From the IMG/VR virus record IMGVR_UViG_3300032002_000001: a stretch of DNA of 64,000 nucleotides; one strand, given 5' to 3'. The notes below the pieces were generated by a model that saw nothing but the letters and a program-made list of their open reading frames with translations, was not told the origin of the DNA and did no database searches. A program made the position numbers and the translations under genes. The first letter of the stretch is position 1. Every line of letters starts with the position of its first letter. Source of the stretch: an uncultured virus (IMG/VR IMGVR_UViG_3300032002_000001) (Duplodnaviria > Heunggongvirae > Uroviricota > Caudoviricetes). This document shows, one piece after another, positions 35,224 through 44,878 of the stretch.

Positions 35224-35457
35224 GTGAGCTACCAGCTCAGTTTCAAGACCTGCAAGAACAACGACGACTCCTGGCCCCCGGTGGATGACAACCACCTCAA
35301 CGAGATGTCGGCCACCTTCCGGAAGATGACCAAGAAGATGGAGGACTCCGCCGACCAGTACCTGGACGAGCACCTCGTGGAGGTGACCATGGTCGACCTC
35401 GACTCGGGCAAGCCGGTCGACAAGCAGGTGGTGCAGTGCCGCCACCAGAAGCCCTGA
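35224..35457 (+). CDS. Putative metal-binding protein, triplet member 2
   Basis: FKTC...HLVEV...CRH. Confidence 0.6.
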   Translation: MSYQLSFKTCKNNDDSWPPVDDNHLNEMSATFRKMTKKMEDSADQYLDEHLVEVTMVDLDSGKPVDKQVVQCRHQKP

Positions 35458-35480
35458 CCCAACACCCCTGAGGAGGGAAC

Positions 35481-35756
35481 GTGCAGAGAACAGCTGAAAA
35501 CGTGGTGACCGCCACTTTCTGTGACGAGACCATGACCGAGGAGCGGTTCGACTCGGACCGCTACGGAAACATCTCCGCCATCGGGTCGTTCCGGAAATTC
35601 GTGAAGATGGGCGAGGAGAACGACAAGATCTGGGCGCAGATGCCGCACGTGATCAAGGTGCACATCTTCATGCCGGAGGACCCCTCCGGTGTGCTCGACT
35701 GCACCGAGCAGTTCCCCTGCCCGTGCAGCAGGAAGAAGGTCCTGGCCGGGACCTGA
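35481..35756 (+). CDS. Putative metal-binding protein, triplet member 3
   Basis: ATFC...HVIKV...CPC. Confidence 0.6.
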   Translation: MQRTAENVVTATFCDETMTEERFDSDRYGNISAIGSFRKFVKMGEENDKIWAQMPHVIKVHIFMPEDPSGVLDCTEQFPCPCSRKKVLAGT

Positions 35757-35823
35757 GGAACCGGGAGGGGGTCGTGCACTGGATCACACGGCCTCCTCCC
35801 TTTCTTTCAGAAAGGAGAGATCC

Positions 35824-35967
35824 ATGGGTTTCATCGGAGACGACCCGGACGAGATTGAGTTCGAGCCGCTACCGCTCACTGAACCAGTGAGGGAGCCATC
35901 CCCGGCTCCAGCCGAGCCAGCACCTGCTGAGCCTGCCACTCCGGAACCGGAGAAGGTTCCTGGATGA
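35824..35967 (+). CDS. Pro/Glu-rich 47-aa peptide
   Basis: AAAGGAG RBS; EPAPAEP repeats. Confidence 0.6.
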   Translation: MGFIGDDPDEIEFEPLPLTEPVREPSPAPAEPAPAEPATPEPEKVPG

Positions 35968-36872
35968 GCGACTTCTCAGGGCAGCAGACGATCCCGTTCG
36001 CCATGGGATCCCTGACTGGCATTCGCTGCTGGCGAGTCAGTGGAGACGGCACCCTGCAGGCGGTCAACCACACCTACCGATACACCAACGCGGAGAACAA
36101 AGCGCACTGCGCGATGGGACTTCCGTCCAGGCACATCGAGGTGGAGATGGGTCGGGGCATGGGCGTTCGCACCATAGACCACCACCCAGGGGTGTACTGG
36201 TGCTCGTGTGGGTTCTACGGGTATTACTCCGGGGAGGCCTACACCACCAACCAGTACGCCGGATACGAGACCATCACTGGTCTGGTGCAGGCGTACGGGA
36301 GGTGTTCCTACGGAAAGAACGGGTTCCGGGCTGAGAAGCTGAAGATCCTGGCCATCGTCAACCCGTTCCTCACCGAACGAGAGGTGCAGGAACAGGCTAG
36401 GGCGGATCGGACACAGGCTCTTCGGAAGAAGATGCCTCCCAAGGTCCCGTGGCGTCGTCGGATCAAGGCCTGGTACTTCCGGAAGTGGCACCCCTTTGTC
36501 CTCCCGGCTCTGCTGGCCATCGGTTTCATCTTCTGTTCATCCACTTCAGGATCCCGAGAATCTGATCAGGGCAAGGTGCTCCAGGTCCTTCTCGGGGTCT
36601 CGTTGTTCGCTTTGGCTATGGCAATGTTCCACGTCGCCGTCAAGCACAAGACCGCAACAGGGCTTCGGAACATCCTGGGCCAGTCTGAACGGATCGAGCA
36701 GACTCCGGAGTGTCTCTTGCCAGGGAACACTTCGCTGACCAAGCGGGATTACGAACGGGTCAAGACCCGGTATCCCGATGTGCCTCACTACCGCTCGGTT
36801 GAAGAGGCTCTACAGATCTTCCCCCTGACGGACTACTACCAAGACACGCCAGGTGGGAGGAAGCGCAGGTAA
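35964..36872 (+). CDS. Conserved actinophage protein with two-TM insert
   Basis: G.R.WR...A.C...H.P...CSCGFY...G....G..GFRAE. Confidence 0.7.
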   Translation: MSDFSGQQTIPFAMGSLTGIRCWRVSGDGTLQAVNHTYRYTNAENKAHCAMGLPSRHIEVEMGRGMGVRTIDHHPGVYWCSCGFYGYYSGEAYTTNQYAGYETITGLVQAYGRCSYGKNGFRAEKLKILAIVNPFLTEREVQEQARADRTQALRKKMPPKVPWRRRIKAWYFRKWHPFVLPALLAIGFIFCSSTSGSRESDQGKVLQVLLGVSLFALAMAMFHVAVKHKTATGLRNILGQSERIEQTPECLLPGNTSLTKRDYERVKTRYPDVPHYRSVEEALQIFPLTDYYQDTPGGRKRR

Positions 36873-36930
36873 ATACCTGCGTGAACCAACCAGAAACCCA
36901 ACCACTGCAACACCCAAGGAGAACAGCAAT

Positions 36931-37578
36931 ATGAACATCCCACCGTTGGACAAGATCACTACGGCCATCGACGTGCCGTGTGTTCGGAGCGGGTGCAAGG
37001 CGAACCCCAAGGCGCGATGCATGTCCCCCGAAGGCGTTCCGTCGCCTCGGGCGCACTCGTGCCGTCAGTACCTGTACGCCTACATCACCCTCGGGGAGAT
37101 GCCCGACAAGCCGAACTCGGTCACCGCCGAGGAGAAGCGCAAGGTGGACGAGGCAGCCCGGAAGTACCTGGGCGAGATCACCGTCCACCCCAACCAGCAG
37201 AACGACGACGACGCCACTGGTGACGACGTGGTGGCCACCGGCCCCGCCGAGACCACCGACTCCGCCGTGACCAGCGACCTGCAGGACTTCGTCAACGCCA
37301 TCCAGGGTGACCAGGTCAGCGACATCATGCAGGTGGCCGACCCGGCGCAGATGTTGGTCGCGCTGCTCCAGGTCCAGGGCAAGGAGGCTCCGCAGGAGGT
37401 CCTCGACTTCCTCGGGGAGAACCGGCTGGCCGTCATCGAGATCATGAACGACCTCAACGAGCTGGAGATCCTGGACCTCCAGCTGGACAGCCTGCGTCGG
37501 CTCCACGCCGACAAGATCGACCAGCTCAGGAGCAAGACCCTGTTGCTGATCAAGGCCGACGAAGCCACCGTCGGCTGA
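36931..37578 (+). CDS. Zinc-finger plus coiled-coil protein
   Basis: C...C.A.P...C....G......H..R; AAGGAGAACAGC leader. Confidence 0.65.
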   Translation: MNIPPLDKITTAIDVPCVRSGCKANPKARCMSPEGVPSPRAHSCRQYLYAYITLGEMPDKPNSVTAEEKRKVDEAARKYLGEITVHPNQQNDDDATGDDVVATGPAETTDSAVTSDLQDFVNAIQGDQVSDIMQVADPAQMLVALLQVQGKEAPQEVLDFLGENRLAVIEIMNDLNELEILDLQLDSLRRLHADKIDQLRSKTLLLIKADEATVG

Positions 37579-37641
37579 ACCCATGTCCCCGGGGTAGAGA
37601 TCCTGCCCCGGGGACTCCCATCTCCAAAAGGAGAAGAAAGA

Positions 37642-37968
37642 ATGAGCACAAAGCGCAATGGGGAGGGAGCCCCACTGTTCGTCCAGCCCGGAGTACCTGT
37701 CCGAGTCGAAGACGAGCACGAAGTGGGAAAGACCGAGGGCAAGAAGAAGAAGGAACTGCCTCGGTTCGCCGTAGTGCCTCACCGGGGGAAGGGGCGCGTG
37801 CTCGGGTACGAAGGCGAAGGTTACTTCCTGGTCAAGATCCCAGGAGGCCCACAGATTCTCGCCCATCGGCGGGATCTGACATTCACAAACACGGCTGACA
37901 AGCCACCAAAGAAGCAGTCGAAGAGAGGGAAGAAGCATCTCCCTCCGGCTGCTCCTGCTGCCTCATAG
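37642..37968 (+). CDS. Basic SH3/KOW-like hypothetical protein
   Basis: AAGGAG RBS; GVPVRV...GRVLG. Confidence 0.55.
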   Translation: MSTKRNGEGAPLFVQPGVPVRVEDEHEVGKTEGKKKKELPRFAVVPHRGKGRVLGYEGEGYFLVKIPGGPQILAHRRDLTFTNTADKPPKKQSKRGKKHLPPAAPAAS

Positions 37969-37981
37969 GAGGAACAACCAA

Positions 37982-38716
37982 GTGGAAGAACCGCAGGTCA
38001 ATCCTTTGATGGTGATGGCACTGTCGAAGATCAACCTGACCAAGCAGATCGAGGAGACGGATCAGGTCAAGCCGTCACCCGAGCAGTACGCGCTGAAGCC
38101 AGGTGACAAATGTGTGGTGGCCGGTACCAAGGCTGCCATCGACCTGGAGTTCGAGGTCTGCGAGATTCTCGACTCCTCTGAATACGCCCAGGAATTCCCC
38201 GACTGGGCGGATCGTCTGCAGCGGTCTTACCTGCTGTGCCGGTACTACACGACCTCAGAGCCGCTGGGTGAAACCGGCTGGTTCGCCAGGGTGAAGCTCA
38301 TCCAGCTCAACGAGGAGGAGTACACCGAGGTCAAGGAGTGGATCCAGGAGAACAAGCTCCCACCGGATCCGCCCGACTGGATGAAGGAGAAGTACCGGAG
38401 GTTCGACAAGACCATCGCCCAAGCTGATCCCGAGCAGATGGCGTTGCAGGTCTCCTGTGAGTCTTGTGGGCATGAGCCGGTCGGCCTGATCATCATGCAC
38501 CACACCCATGGCGCTGCTACTGCCGGAACCGTTGAGATCAACGGCAAGCGCGTCTATGTACCCCTGGATGACCAGGGAGCAGAGTGCCACATGTCCGCGC
38601 GGATCTACTGCCCGGAGTGCGAGCACCACAAGGACCTGAAGGAAGATGAGGTCCGCATCAACACCACGCACGAGTTCACCCAGTTGCTCGCCGGTCACAT
38701 CGGAGACGCGGACTAG
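37982..38716 (+). CDS. Hypothetical protein with zinc ribbon
   Basis: CESC and CPEC pairs. Confidence 0.65.
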   Translation: MEEPQVNPLMVMALSKINLTKQIEETDQVKPSPEQYALKPGDKCVVAGTKAAIDLEFEVCEILDSSEYAQEFPDWADRLQRSYLLCRYYTTSEPLGETGWFARVKLIQLNEEEYTEVKEWIQENKLPPDPPDWMKEKYRRFDKTIAQADPEQMALQVSCESCGHEPVGLIIMHHTHGAATAGTVEINGKRVYVPLDDQGAECHMSARIYCPECEHHKDLKEDEVRINTTHEFTQLLAGHIGDAD

Positions 38717-38724
38717 GATTTGTG

Positions 38725-38735
38725 TGTGGTATAAT
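38725..38735 (+). promoter_or_regulatory. Consensus extended -10 promoter P3
   Basis: TGTGGTATAAT. Confidence 0.75.
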
Positions 38736-38863
38736 GTGAGCGTCCTTGGGTAACCATGTTCAACCCACCCAGGGCGAGGCCCCCACCGTGATATGGATCC
38801 CTCTGTGGTCACGGTGGGGGCTTTTGCATGTCCAACCAACACAACAACGAAAGTGAGTGCACC

Positions 38864-40039
38864 ATGACTGCGATCCCCGCAGATGGTGCTGCTGACGTTC
38901 CTGCCGAGCCGGGTCGCTTCAGGCGATTCCTGCGTCGGGTGAGGATCCGTGCAGCAGCCGCGCGCACCAAGATCTGGGCGCGTACCAAGAAGGCCAGTCT
39001 CTGGACTGGTCGCACCGTCAAGGACGCCACTCTGGCCACTGGCAGAGGGGCGGTTCGAACACTCGGAGCTATCGGAGCCACCGTGTTCTGGGTAGCAAAG
39101 ACCGTCGTCTTCATCGGCGGCTTCACCATCCTCGGCCTCGGTGCCGTGATTGGTGCTGTGTTCGCGGGACTGGTCACCCTGGTGACCTACGTTCTGGCGA
39201 AGCTCCACGATGGGATCAACCGATTCCTGTTCCGTCCGTTCCTCTGGCTGATGAGGGGTCGCAAGATCCCCTACTCCGCTTTCAACACCTTGGAGTCCAA
39301 GGACGAGAAGGAGGAGCGCAGCAAGGTTTGGGCGTCTGTCTCTGACCGGCTGAAGGCGGCTGGTCTGCCCGAAGACTTCCTGGAGCGTCACGACGCCGAA
39401 GGAGAAGTCGATGAGGAGGGGGTCCTTGTGATCCGACCCCGAATCAAGCGCTCGCCTCTGACTGATCCGGCCACCATCGATGACCCGGCTGTTCAGGAGG
39501 CGCTGGCTGCGTTTACCCGCAAGACCGCTGCCTACGTGCAGGAGGCGATGAAGTCACCTACTCGGGCGATCCCGGGCACTCTGCCCCAGATCCCGGTCGA
39601 GGTGCCGATGGACCCGGAGTCCAGACTGGAGAACCCGGACGACCCGTTCTCCAACGAGGGCGCTGGGTTCCAGCCCAACTTCACCGCCATCCGGGACTAC
39701 TTCCGTTCCGGCAAAACTGCTGTGGACTTCGACTTCGCGCCATACCTGGCGGAGCCGGAGACCCTGCTGATGTCCTTCGAGTACCTCCGCGACTCCTCCG
39801 GCAACATCATCGAGGAGCGCTCGTACTGGATGGGCAGACACGAGATGCTGCGCCGCTGGCTCGCCATGAGCAGCCCGAAGCGCCGCGATGACCTCCTGGA
39901 CGAGCACGGTCGGGTGTGGGCTCTGATCCATGCCGAACTGTTCAACCAGCAGGAGATCTATTCCTTGAAGCACGTCTTCACCGGGCTGAAGGATCAGGTC
40001 GCTGAGCTCAACACCATCCGAAAGACTGCCCAGCGGTAG
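38864..40039 (+). CDS. Membrane-anchored hypothetical protein
   Basis: Basic N-terminus, long hydrophobic segment, soluble C-terminal domain. Confidence 0.7.
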   Translation: MTAIPADGAADVPAEPGRFRRFLRRVRIRAAAARTKIWARTKKASLWTGRTVKDATLATGRGAVRTLGAIGATVFWVAKTVVFIGGFTILGLGAVIGAVFAGLVTLVTYVLAKLHDGINRFLFRPFLWLMRGRKIPYSAFNTLESKDEKEERSKVWASVSDRLKAAGLPEDFLERHDAEGEVDEEGVLVIRPRIKRSPLTDPATIDDPAVQEALAAFTRKTAAYVQEAMKSPTRAIPGTLPQIPVEVPMDPESRLENPDDPFSNEGAGFQPNFTAIRDYFRSGKTAVDFDFAPYLAEPETLLMSFEYLRDSSGNIIEERSYWMGRHEMLRRWLAMSSPKRRDDLLDEHGRVWALIHAELFNQQEIYSLKHVFTGLKDQVAELNTIRKTAQR

Positions 40040-40060
40040 TCCCAAACCCAGGAGGAAAAA

Positions 40061-40336
40061 GTGGGAAGTGGTCCTGGACCGCCGAAGCCAATCACCATCC
40101 AGGCCACGATCCTGATCGAAGCGGGCTCTGAGTCCCCAGATCGAACACGTGGCTATGTCGTATCAGCACTGAAGAATGCCTGCCGGAACATCCGTGACGG
40201 CACGGTAGTGATCGTGCTGCATGACGACGACGACAACCTCATCGGAATGGATGTGTCCGGAACACCATCCGTGACCCTCCAAAAGGACTTCGATGATCTG
40301 GTGGATCGCTATGCACCAGACGGAGCCCAGCCGTGA
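40061..40336 (+). CDS. Hypothetical protein
   Basis: AGGAGG RBS. Confidence 0.55.
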   Translation: MGSGPGPPKPITIQATILIEAGSESPDRTRGYVVSALKNACRNIRDGTVVIVLHDDDDNLIGMDVSGTPSVTLQKDFDDLVDRYAPDGAQP

Positions 40337-40701
40337 GGTTGTCACCCCGCACCTCAGAACACGCCCAGCGACTCCGCGCGCTGGGCTACACGCACGGTAG
40401 TAGAGGAGAGGAAGCCGTTCATCTGATCGGTTTCGACTGGAGGGTGGTGGTCTCTGTGATGGGACCACTGGGATCACCATCCGTCCAGTCACTTGCTTTG
40501 GGCAGCCAGTCCGACAAGTGCTTCCGTGCGTTGCTTTACGTAGCACCCCAGGATGATCGTGGACGGACCAAAGTGACCATCCTGGAAGTCGGTGGTGGAG
40601 AAACCTACGCCATGTACTACTACCGACACACTCTGCGTCTGCACTGGTGCCTCCCCGAGGAGATCGTCATTACCCAGCTTCGTCAACTGGGTCGGCGGTA
40701 G
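40333..40701 (+). CDS. Hypothetical protein
   Basis: GTGA coupling. Confidence 0.55.
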   Translation: MRLSPRTSEHAQRLRALGYTHGSRGEEAVHLIGFDWRVVVSVMGPLGSPSVQSLALGSQSDKCFRALLYVAPQDDRGRTKVTILEVGGGETYAMYYYRHTLRLHWCLPEEIVITQLRQLGRR

Positions 40702-40754
40702 GAGCACCGGGCAGACGCTGCCCTGAAAACCCACAACACAGGAACAGGAAGACA

Positions 40755-41006
40755 ATGTCATTTCTGCAGCGCTTCGTGATCGATCTGGTCACCGAAGACG
40801 AGATGTCTCAGCGACGACGCGACACCATCGCTGAAGATCTCTCTGAGCACGCACATCTGCTCAGCACCGAGCCCGAGGACGGCGTAGTCAACGTCCTCGA
40901 CAAGCTCGCCCAGGGCCACGAGCACGACGCCACCGTGAACCGGTGCGCCGACTGTCAGTACCACGCCCGGGATGCCCGCAACGGAGACGTAGTCGTCAAC
41001 GGCTAG
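40755..41006 (+). CDS. His/Cys-containing hypothetical protein
   Basis: HEHD...CADC. Confidence 0.55.
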   Translation: MSFLQRFVIDLVTEDEMSQRRRDTIAEDLSEHAHLLSTEPEDGVVNVLDKLAQGHEHDATVNRCADCQYHARDARNGDVVVNG

Positions 41007-41076
41007 CGGGTTCTCTTCTTCCCCAGCAACACCTCATGTAGTCCCAAACACAAGAGAGAAAGAAGAGCCACAACAC

Positions 41077-42588
41077 ATGGCACCAGCACGTGAAGACGCA
41101 CGCTTCTCCGACCGGGTGAGCAAGAAGGTCACCCAGGAGACGCTCGAAAAGCTCCGGATCCTGGGCGGCGGCAAGCTGACCGAGGAGACGGGGATCGCCT
41201 ACCACGACGGGAATCAGATCCTTCTCCCGCGTGGCATGTCCTACAAGCAGGCCGCGAAGCTCACCCAGGCCATGGCCATCTCCATGGAGGAGGTGCACAA
41301 CTTCCGGAAGGTCTTCAAGTTCCGTCCCTGGGACGGCGCGTTCGCTCTGCAGGAGACCCTGAAGGAGCTGTTCGGCCTCTCCGGCTACGGCAAGGCGATC
41401 CACACCTTCTTCGGGACTCAGCCCCCGGAGTACAAGAACGTGGAGGTCGGCCCGGGTGTCGAGGTCAAGGTCCCCTGGGGCCACATCGAGTTCCCCCCGA
41501 TGGAGGGCACGTTCATCACCGGCGTGTCCCACGACCCGACCTACGGCCCGCTCTTCGAGATCCAGCTCCACGCTCCCAAGAAGTACGAGCCGGAGATCGA
41601 GGGCCTGTGGATCGCGCTGGAGGACACCCTCCGGAAGAAGTCGATCTACAAGGGCAAGGCCATCGTCGGGGTCGGTCGCCAGACCAGGGACGGGTACGAC
41701 AACCCGACCTTCCTCGACCCCTACACCGTGGACCCCCGCAAGGTGGCCTACAAGCAGGAGGTCTTCGACAACCTCAACAGCTCTGTCTGGGGGCCGATCA
41801 AGACGGCCGACCTCCAGCGCAAGGCTGGCAACAACATCGGGCTGAAGACGCTGCTCGCAGGCCCGTACGGCACCGGCAAGTCTCTCGCCGGTGCGCTGAC
41901 GGCTCAGGTGGCGGTCGAGAACGACTGGACCTTCATCCAGACGAAGACCGGCGAGGAGGACCTGTCCAAGGTGCTGAAGACGGCCGAGCTCTACGCTCCG
42001 GCTGTCGTCTTCATCGAGGACATCGACAACCTCATCACCGAGAGCACCGAGGAGATGAGCAAGCTCCTGGAGATGTTCGACGGCGTCAGCTCGAAGAACA
42101 AGGAGGTCATGGTTCTCATGACCAGCAACCACCTCGACATCCTCTCCAAGGGGATGACGCGGGTCGGCCGCATCGACTCGGTGATCGAGATCGGTGACCT
42201 CGACCGGGACGGCATCGAGCGGCTCATCACGGGCCTGTTCGCGCCGGAGCTCCTGGCCGACGACATCGACTTCGATGAGATCTGCGAGGCGATGACGGGG
42301 TTCGCACCGGCGTTCATCATGGGCACCTTCCGGCGCACCAAGAGCAACGCCATCATCCGTTCGTCTTCGCTGGACTTCCAGCTGACCACGCAGGACTTCG
42401 TCCTCGCGGCTCAGAGCCTGCGGAACCAGCACGACACTCACCTCAACGCCGCAGACCGGCCGGAATCGGTGGAGTTCACCGAGTCCTTCCAGAAGGTCGT
42501 CGGCAACGAGGTGGACAAGCGGCTGCAGCGGCACCAGGTCGACGTGCACGACTCCGGCGACATCCTGCTGGTCACCGACCGCTCGTAG
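41077..42588 (+). CDS. AAA+ ATPase
   Basis: Walker A GPYGTGKS, Walker B VFIEDID, TSN sensor, R.GRID. Confidence 0.9.
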   Translation: MAPAREDARFSDRVSKKVTQETLEKLRILGGGKLTEETGIAYHDGNQILLPRGMSYKQAAKLTQAMAISMEEVHNFRKVFKFRPWDGAFALQETLKELFGLSGYGKAIHTFFGTQPPEYKNVEVGPGVEVKVPWGHIEFPPMEGTFITGVSHDPTYGPLFEIQLHAPKKYEPEIEGLWIALEDTLRKKSIYKGKAIVGVGRQTRDGYDNPTFLDPYTVDPRKVAYKQEVFDNLNSSVWGPIKTADLQRKAGNNIGLKTLLAGPYGTGKSLAGALTAQVAVENDWTFIQTKTGEEDLSKVLKTAELYAPAVVFIEDIDNLITESTEEMSKLLEMFDGVSSKNKEVMVLMTSNHLDILSKGMTRVGRIDSVIEIGDLDRDGIERLITGLFAPELLADDIDFDEICEAMTGFAPAFIMGTFRRTKSNAIIRSSSLDFQLTTQDFVLAAQSLRNQHDTHLNAADRPESVEFTESFQKVVGNEVDKRLQRHQVDVHDSGDILLVTDRS

Positions 42589-42683
42589 GTCGTCGCCCTT
42601 CCCCATCAGCATCACCATCTCACTGGGGGTGGGGCCTTTGTGCCCTGCCCCCAGTGGGTCCTTACACGTGTTTTAGGAGAGAT

Positions 42684-43004
42684 GTGAACGTCCAGGAATC
42701 CTTTAGCAGGGTTCGGATCCAGGAGGCCAATGTCGACCTGGATGAACATGAAGAACAGGACCTGAAGCGGGTCCTGCGCGCGTCCTTGGAGCAGAGCGTG
42801 AAGATCCTGGACGAGCAGAACATGAACGATGAGGACTTCCTCCGTTCTGTGGTTGACACCGCCGTTGGTTTGGCTGTGGAGACCTACGTGGCTGGTCGGT
42901 GCTACGAGGAGCAGTTCAATTCCTCGGAGACCTTCCCCATCGACCTGCCGAAGGAGGTATTGGGCGACTTCATCCAGTTCCTCTACACCAGGAGGGTTGC
43001 CTGA
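42684..43004 (+). CDS. Hypothetical protein
   Basis: AGGAG RBS, GTG start. Confidence 0.55.
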   Translation: MNVQESFSRVRIQEANVDLDEHEEQDLKRVLRASLEQSVKILDEQNMNDEDFLRSVVDTAVGLAVETYVAGRCYEEQFNSSETFPIDLPKEVLGDFIQFLYTRRVA

Positions 43005-43156
43005 TGGTGGCTCGCCTGAAGAGGTACGGGCAGATGCTCGCCCGAGTCGTCAAAAGGTTCCTGGCCGATCAGCCAGCGAACCCGTACGAAACCATCGTGT
43101 TCAACGCAGTCAAAATGGCGGCTGCCCAATTCGGAGGAAGGATCAAGCTGGTATGA
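43004..43156 (+). CDS. Small hypothetical protein
   Basis: TGATG coupling, GGAGG RBS. Confidence 0.45.
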   Translation: MVARLKRYGQMLARVVKRFLADQPANPYETIVFNAVKMAAAQFGGRIKLV

Positions 43157-43851
43157 GTGAGTTCTCGGACGAACTCCACGAGGCGATCATGGAACGGGTC
43201 GGGTCCAGCGATGCGGACCGGGCCGAGTTCATCAAGGTGGGTGATGAGATCGGAGAGGGCGACCTGAAGGGCGTCCACATGATCAAGGAAACCGTCGACC
43301 ACCACAACGACCTGATCACCAAGTGCATTCGAAGGACCTACCGGAAGTTCGCCGGTGGTGCGCCTTTCGAATCTCCCACCGATGCGCGTGATCGCACAGA
43401 GGTGTTCCTTCTGCCCGACCTCACCGGAACTGCGTTGAACGCGCTGGCCGATGGGATCCAGTTGGGTCGGAAGGATTCGAAGGTCTACAAGAAGTACAAG
43501 ACGCTGAAGCGGCTGCACATGCTGTTGGAAGCGCCTGGGTTCCGAGAAGCCTCCGACGTGCTGGTGATGGGGTACCACACGGATCCGGACTGCGTTGAGG
43601 TTGTCAAGAACTACATCGAGTCCACCTTTTTTCATCTCGGCGTCGCCACTGGCTACGGTGCCACCGGCGTCTCGCCACACAACGTGAACAAGGTCTGGGA
43701 TCTCTGGTCCCTGTCCATGCGTTCGGTGGTGATCGGTCTGTACCTGACCGGCTATCACCTGGGAGAGCAGCAGAAGAAGGCTGAAGAGCGGGCTAAGGAC
43801 GAGGAGATCTTCAAGGGGATCATCTCGGCCACTGGCACCGACGATGGCTAG
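43153..43851 (+). CDS. Hypothetical protein
   Basis: ATGA coupling; 232 codons. Confidence 0.6.
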   Translation: MSEFSDELHEAIMERVGSSDADRAEFIKVGDEIGEGDLKGVHMIKETVDHHNDLITKCIRRTYRKFAGGAPFESPTDARDRTEVFLLPDLTGTALNALADGIQLGRKDSKVYKKYKTLKRLHMLLEAPGFREASDVLVMGYHTDPDCVEVVKNYIESTFFHLGVATGYGATGVSPHNVNKVWDLWSLSMRSVVIGLYLTGYHLGEQQKKAEERAKDEEIFKGIISATGTDDG

Positions 43852-44080
43852 CGACGGGGTTGACTACACCCATCTCCCACGCATCACCCTCGAAGAAGTT
43901 CACGAGGCCTCGAAAACCGCTATCGAAGTCCTGTTGCGTCTACATGGACTAGATGAGGCTCCAGAAGACTGTGCGCACGCCTTCTACGACGAGCTAGACC
44001 GGATCATGAACATCCTCGGTCTGCGTGAGGCCATGGTGTCTCCCTGGGAGGCACCCGACGAAGCGGAGAAATCCGCCTGA
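43844..44080 (+). CDS. Hypothetical protein
   Basis: Overlapping start. Confidence 0.55.
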   Translation: MASDGVDYTHLPRITLEEVHEASKTAIEVLLRLHGLDEAPEDCAHAFYDELDRIMNILGLREAMVSPWEAPDEAEKSA

Positions 44081-44219
44081 ACTGCCACCAGTGACGCGGT
44101 GGTTAGAGCTGGGCAGCAGTCCGTTCACTGCCTAGAGCCCCCGGAGACAAGTCCTGACCCCTGCACCCGTACTGGTGTGGGGGTGCCTCGCGGGGGGCAC
44201 CCATCACTAAGGAGGACGA

Positions 44220-44555
44220 TTGCAAGAAGGACCAGAAGGGCGTCGGGAGTTCGACAGCATCGAGGAGTTCCTCGAAAAAGTTCGCGCCGATGACAGCCTA
44301 GACGCCGACCAGAAGTTCGAGATGGAAGTGCTAGCCCGGATCCATCAGAAGCTAGGTAAAGAAGGCGTACACCCGCCCACGGTCATCGACATGGACGGGA
44401 CGGTGCTCCAGCGCTACTTGCGGATGGCGTACCTCGCCTCGGAGAAAGAGATCATCGACTCCGAGCTCAACTTCAAGCCCGACGATCTGTTCCAGACCTC
44501 ACTGCTGATGGGTATCGCCATCGGGGTGCAGTTGGAGCGGGAGCGAAACGGGTAG
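44220..44555 (+). CDS. Hypothetical protein
   Basis: TAAGGAGG RBS, TTG start. Confidence 0.6.
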   Translation: MQEGPEGRREFDSIEEFLEKVRADDSLDADQKFEMEVLARIHQKLGKEGVHPPTVIDMDGTVLQRYLRMAYLASEKEIIDSELNFKPDDLFQTSLLMGIAIGVQLERERNG

Positions 44556-44629
44556 CCAGGGTCCTTTCCTGGCTCTCGCACATCTGTTAGGTTGTGCGTG
44601 CCGTGTGTTACTGACAAAGAGAGACTGTC

Positions 44630-44878
44630 ATGAGTTTTGCTGTAGCAGCACGAGATGTCCTTCGGGGCAACCGAATCAGTGAACAACGGGCTCTAGACCT
44701 CGGAGAAGAGCTCACCGAGAAGTTCGCTGACGTACTGAGCGACGACGCAGTTCGTCGGGAGGTATATGAAGAGATCCGTTGGGACTTGGACGAGATCTCC
44801 ATGGTCGAAGTGCACGCTGTGCTCGACGGCCTGATCCGCATCATCAAGGGCGAAGATCTGAGGAGCGCCAATGAGTGA
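44630..44878 (+). CDS. Hypothetical protein
   Basis: Helical and acidic. Confidence 0.55.
   Translation: MSFAVAARDVLRGNRISEQRALDLGEELTEKFADVLSDDAVRREVYEEIRWDLDEISMVEVHAVLDGLIRIIKGEDLRSANE

Noticed and set aside
40996..42618. 540-aa minus-strand ORF, and similar long antisense ORFs at 32122-33183, 36760-37938 and 38255-39391
   Set aside because: Shadow frames of GC3-rich plus-strand genes; no RBS or motifs
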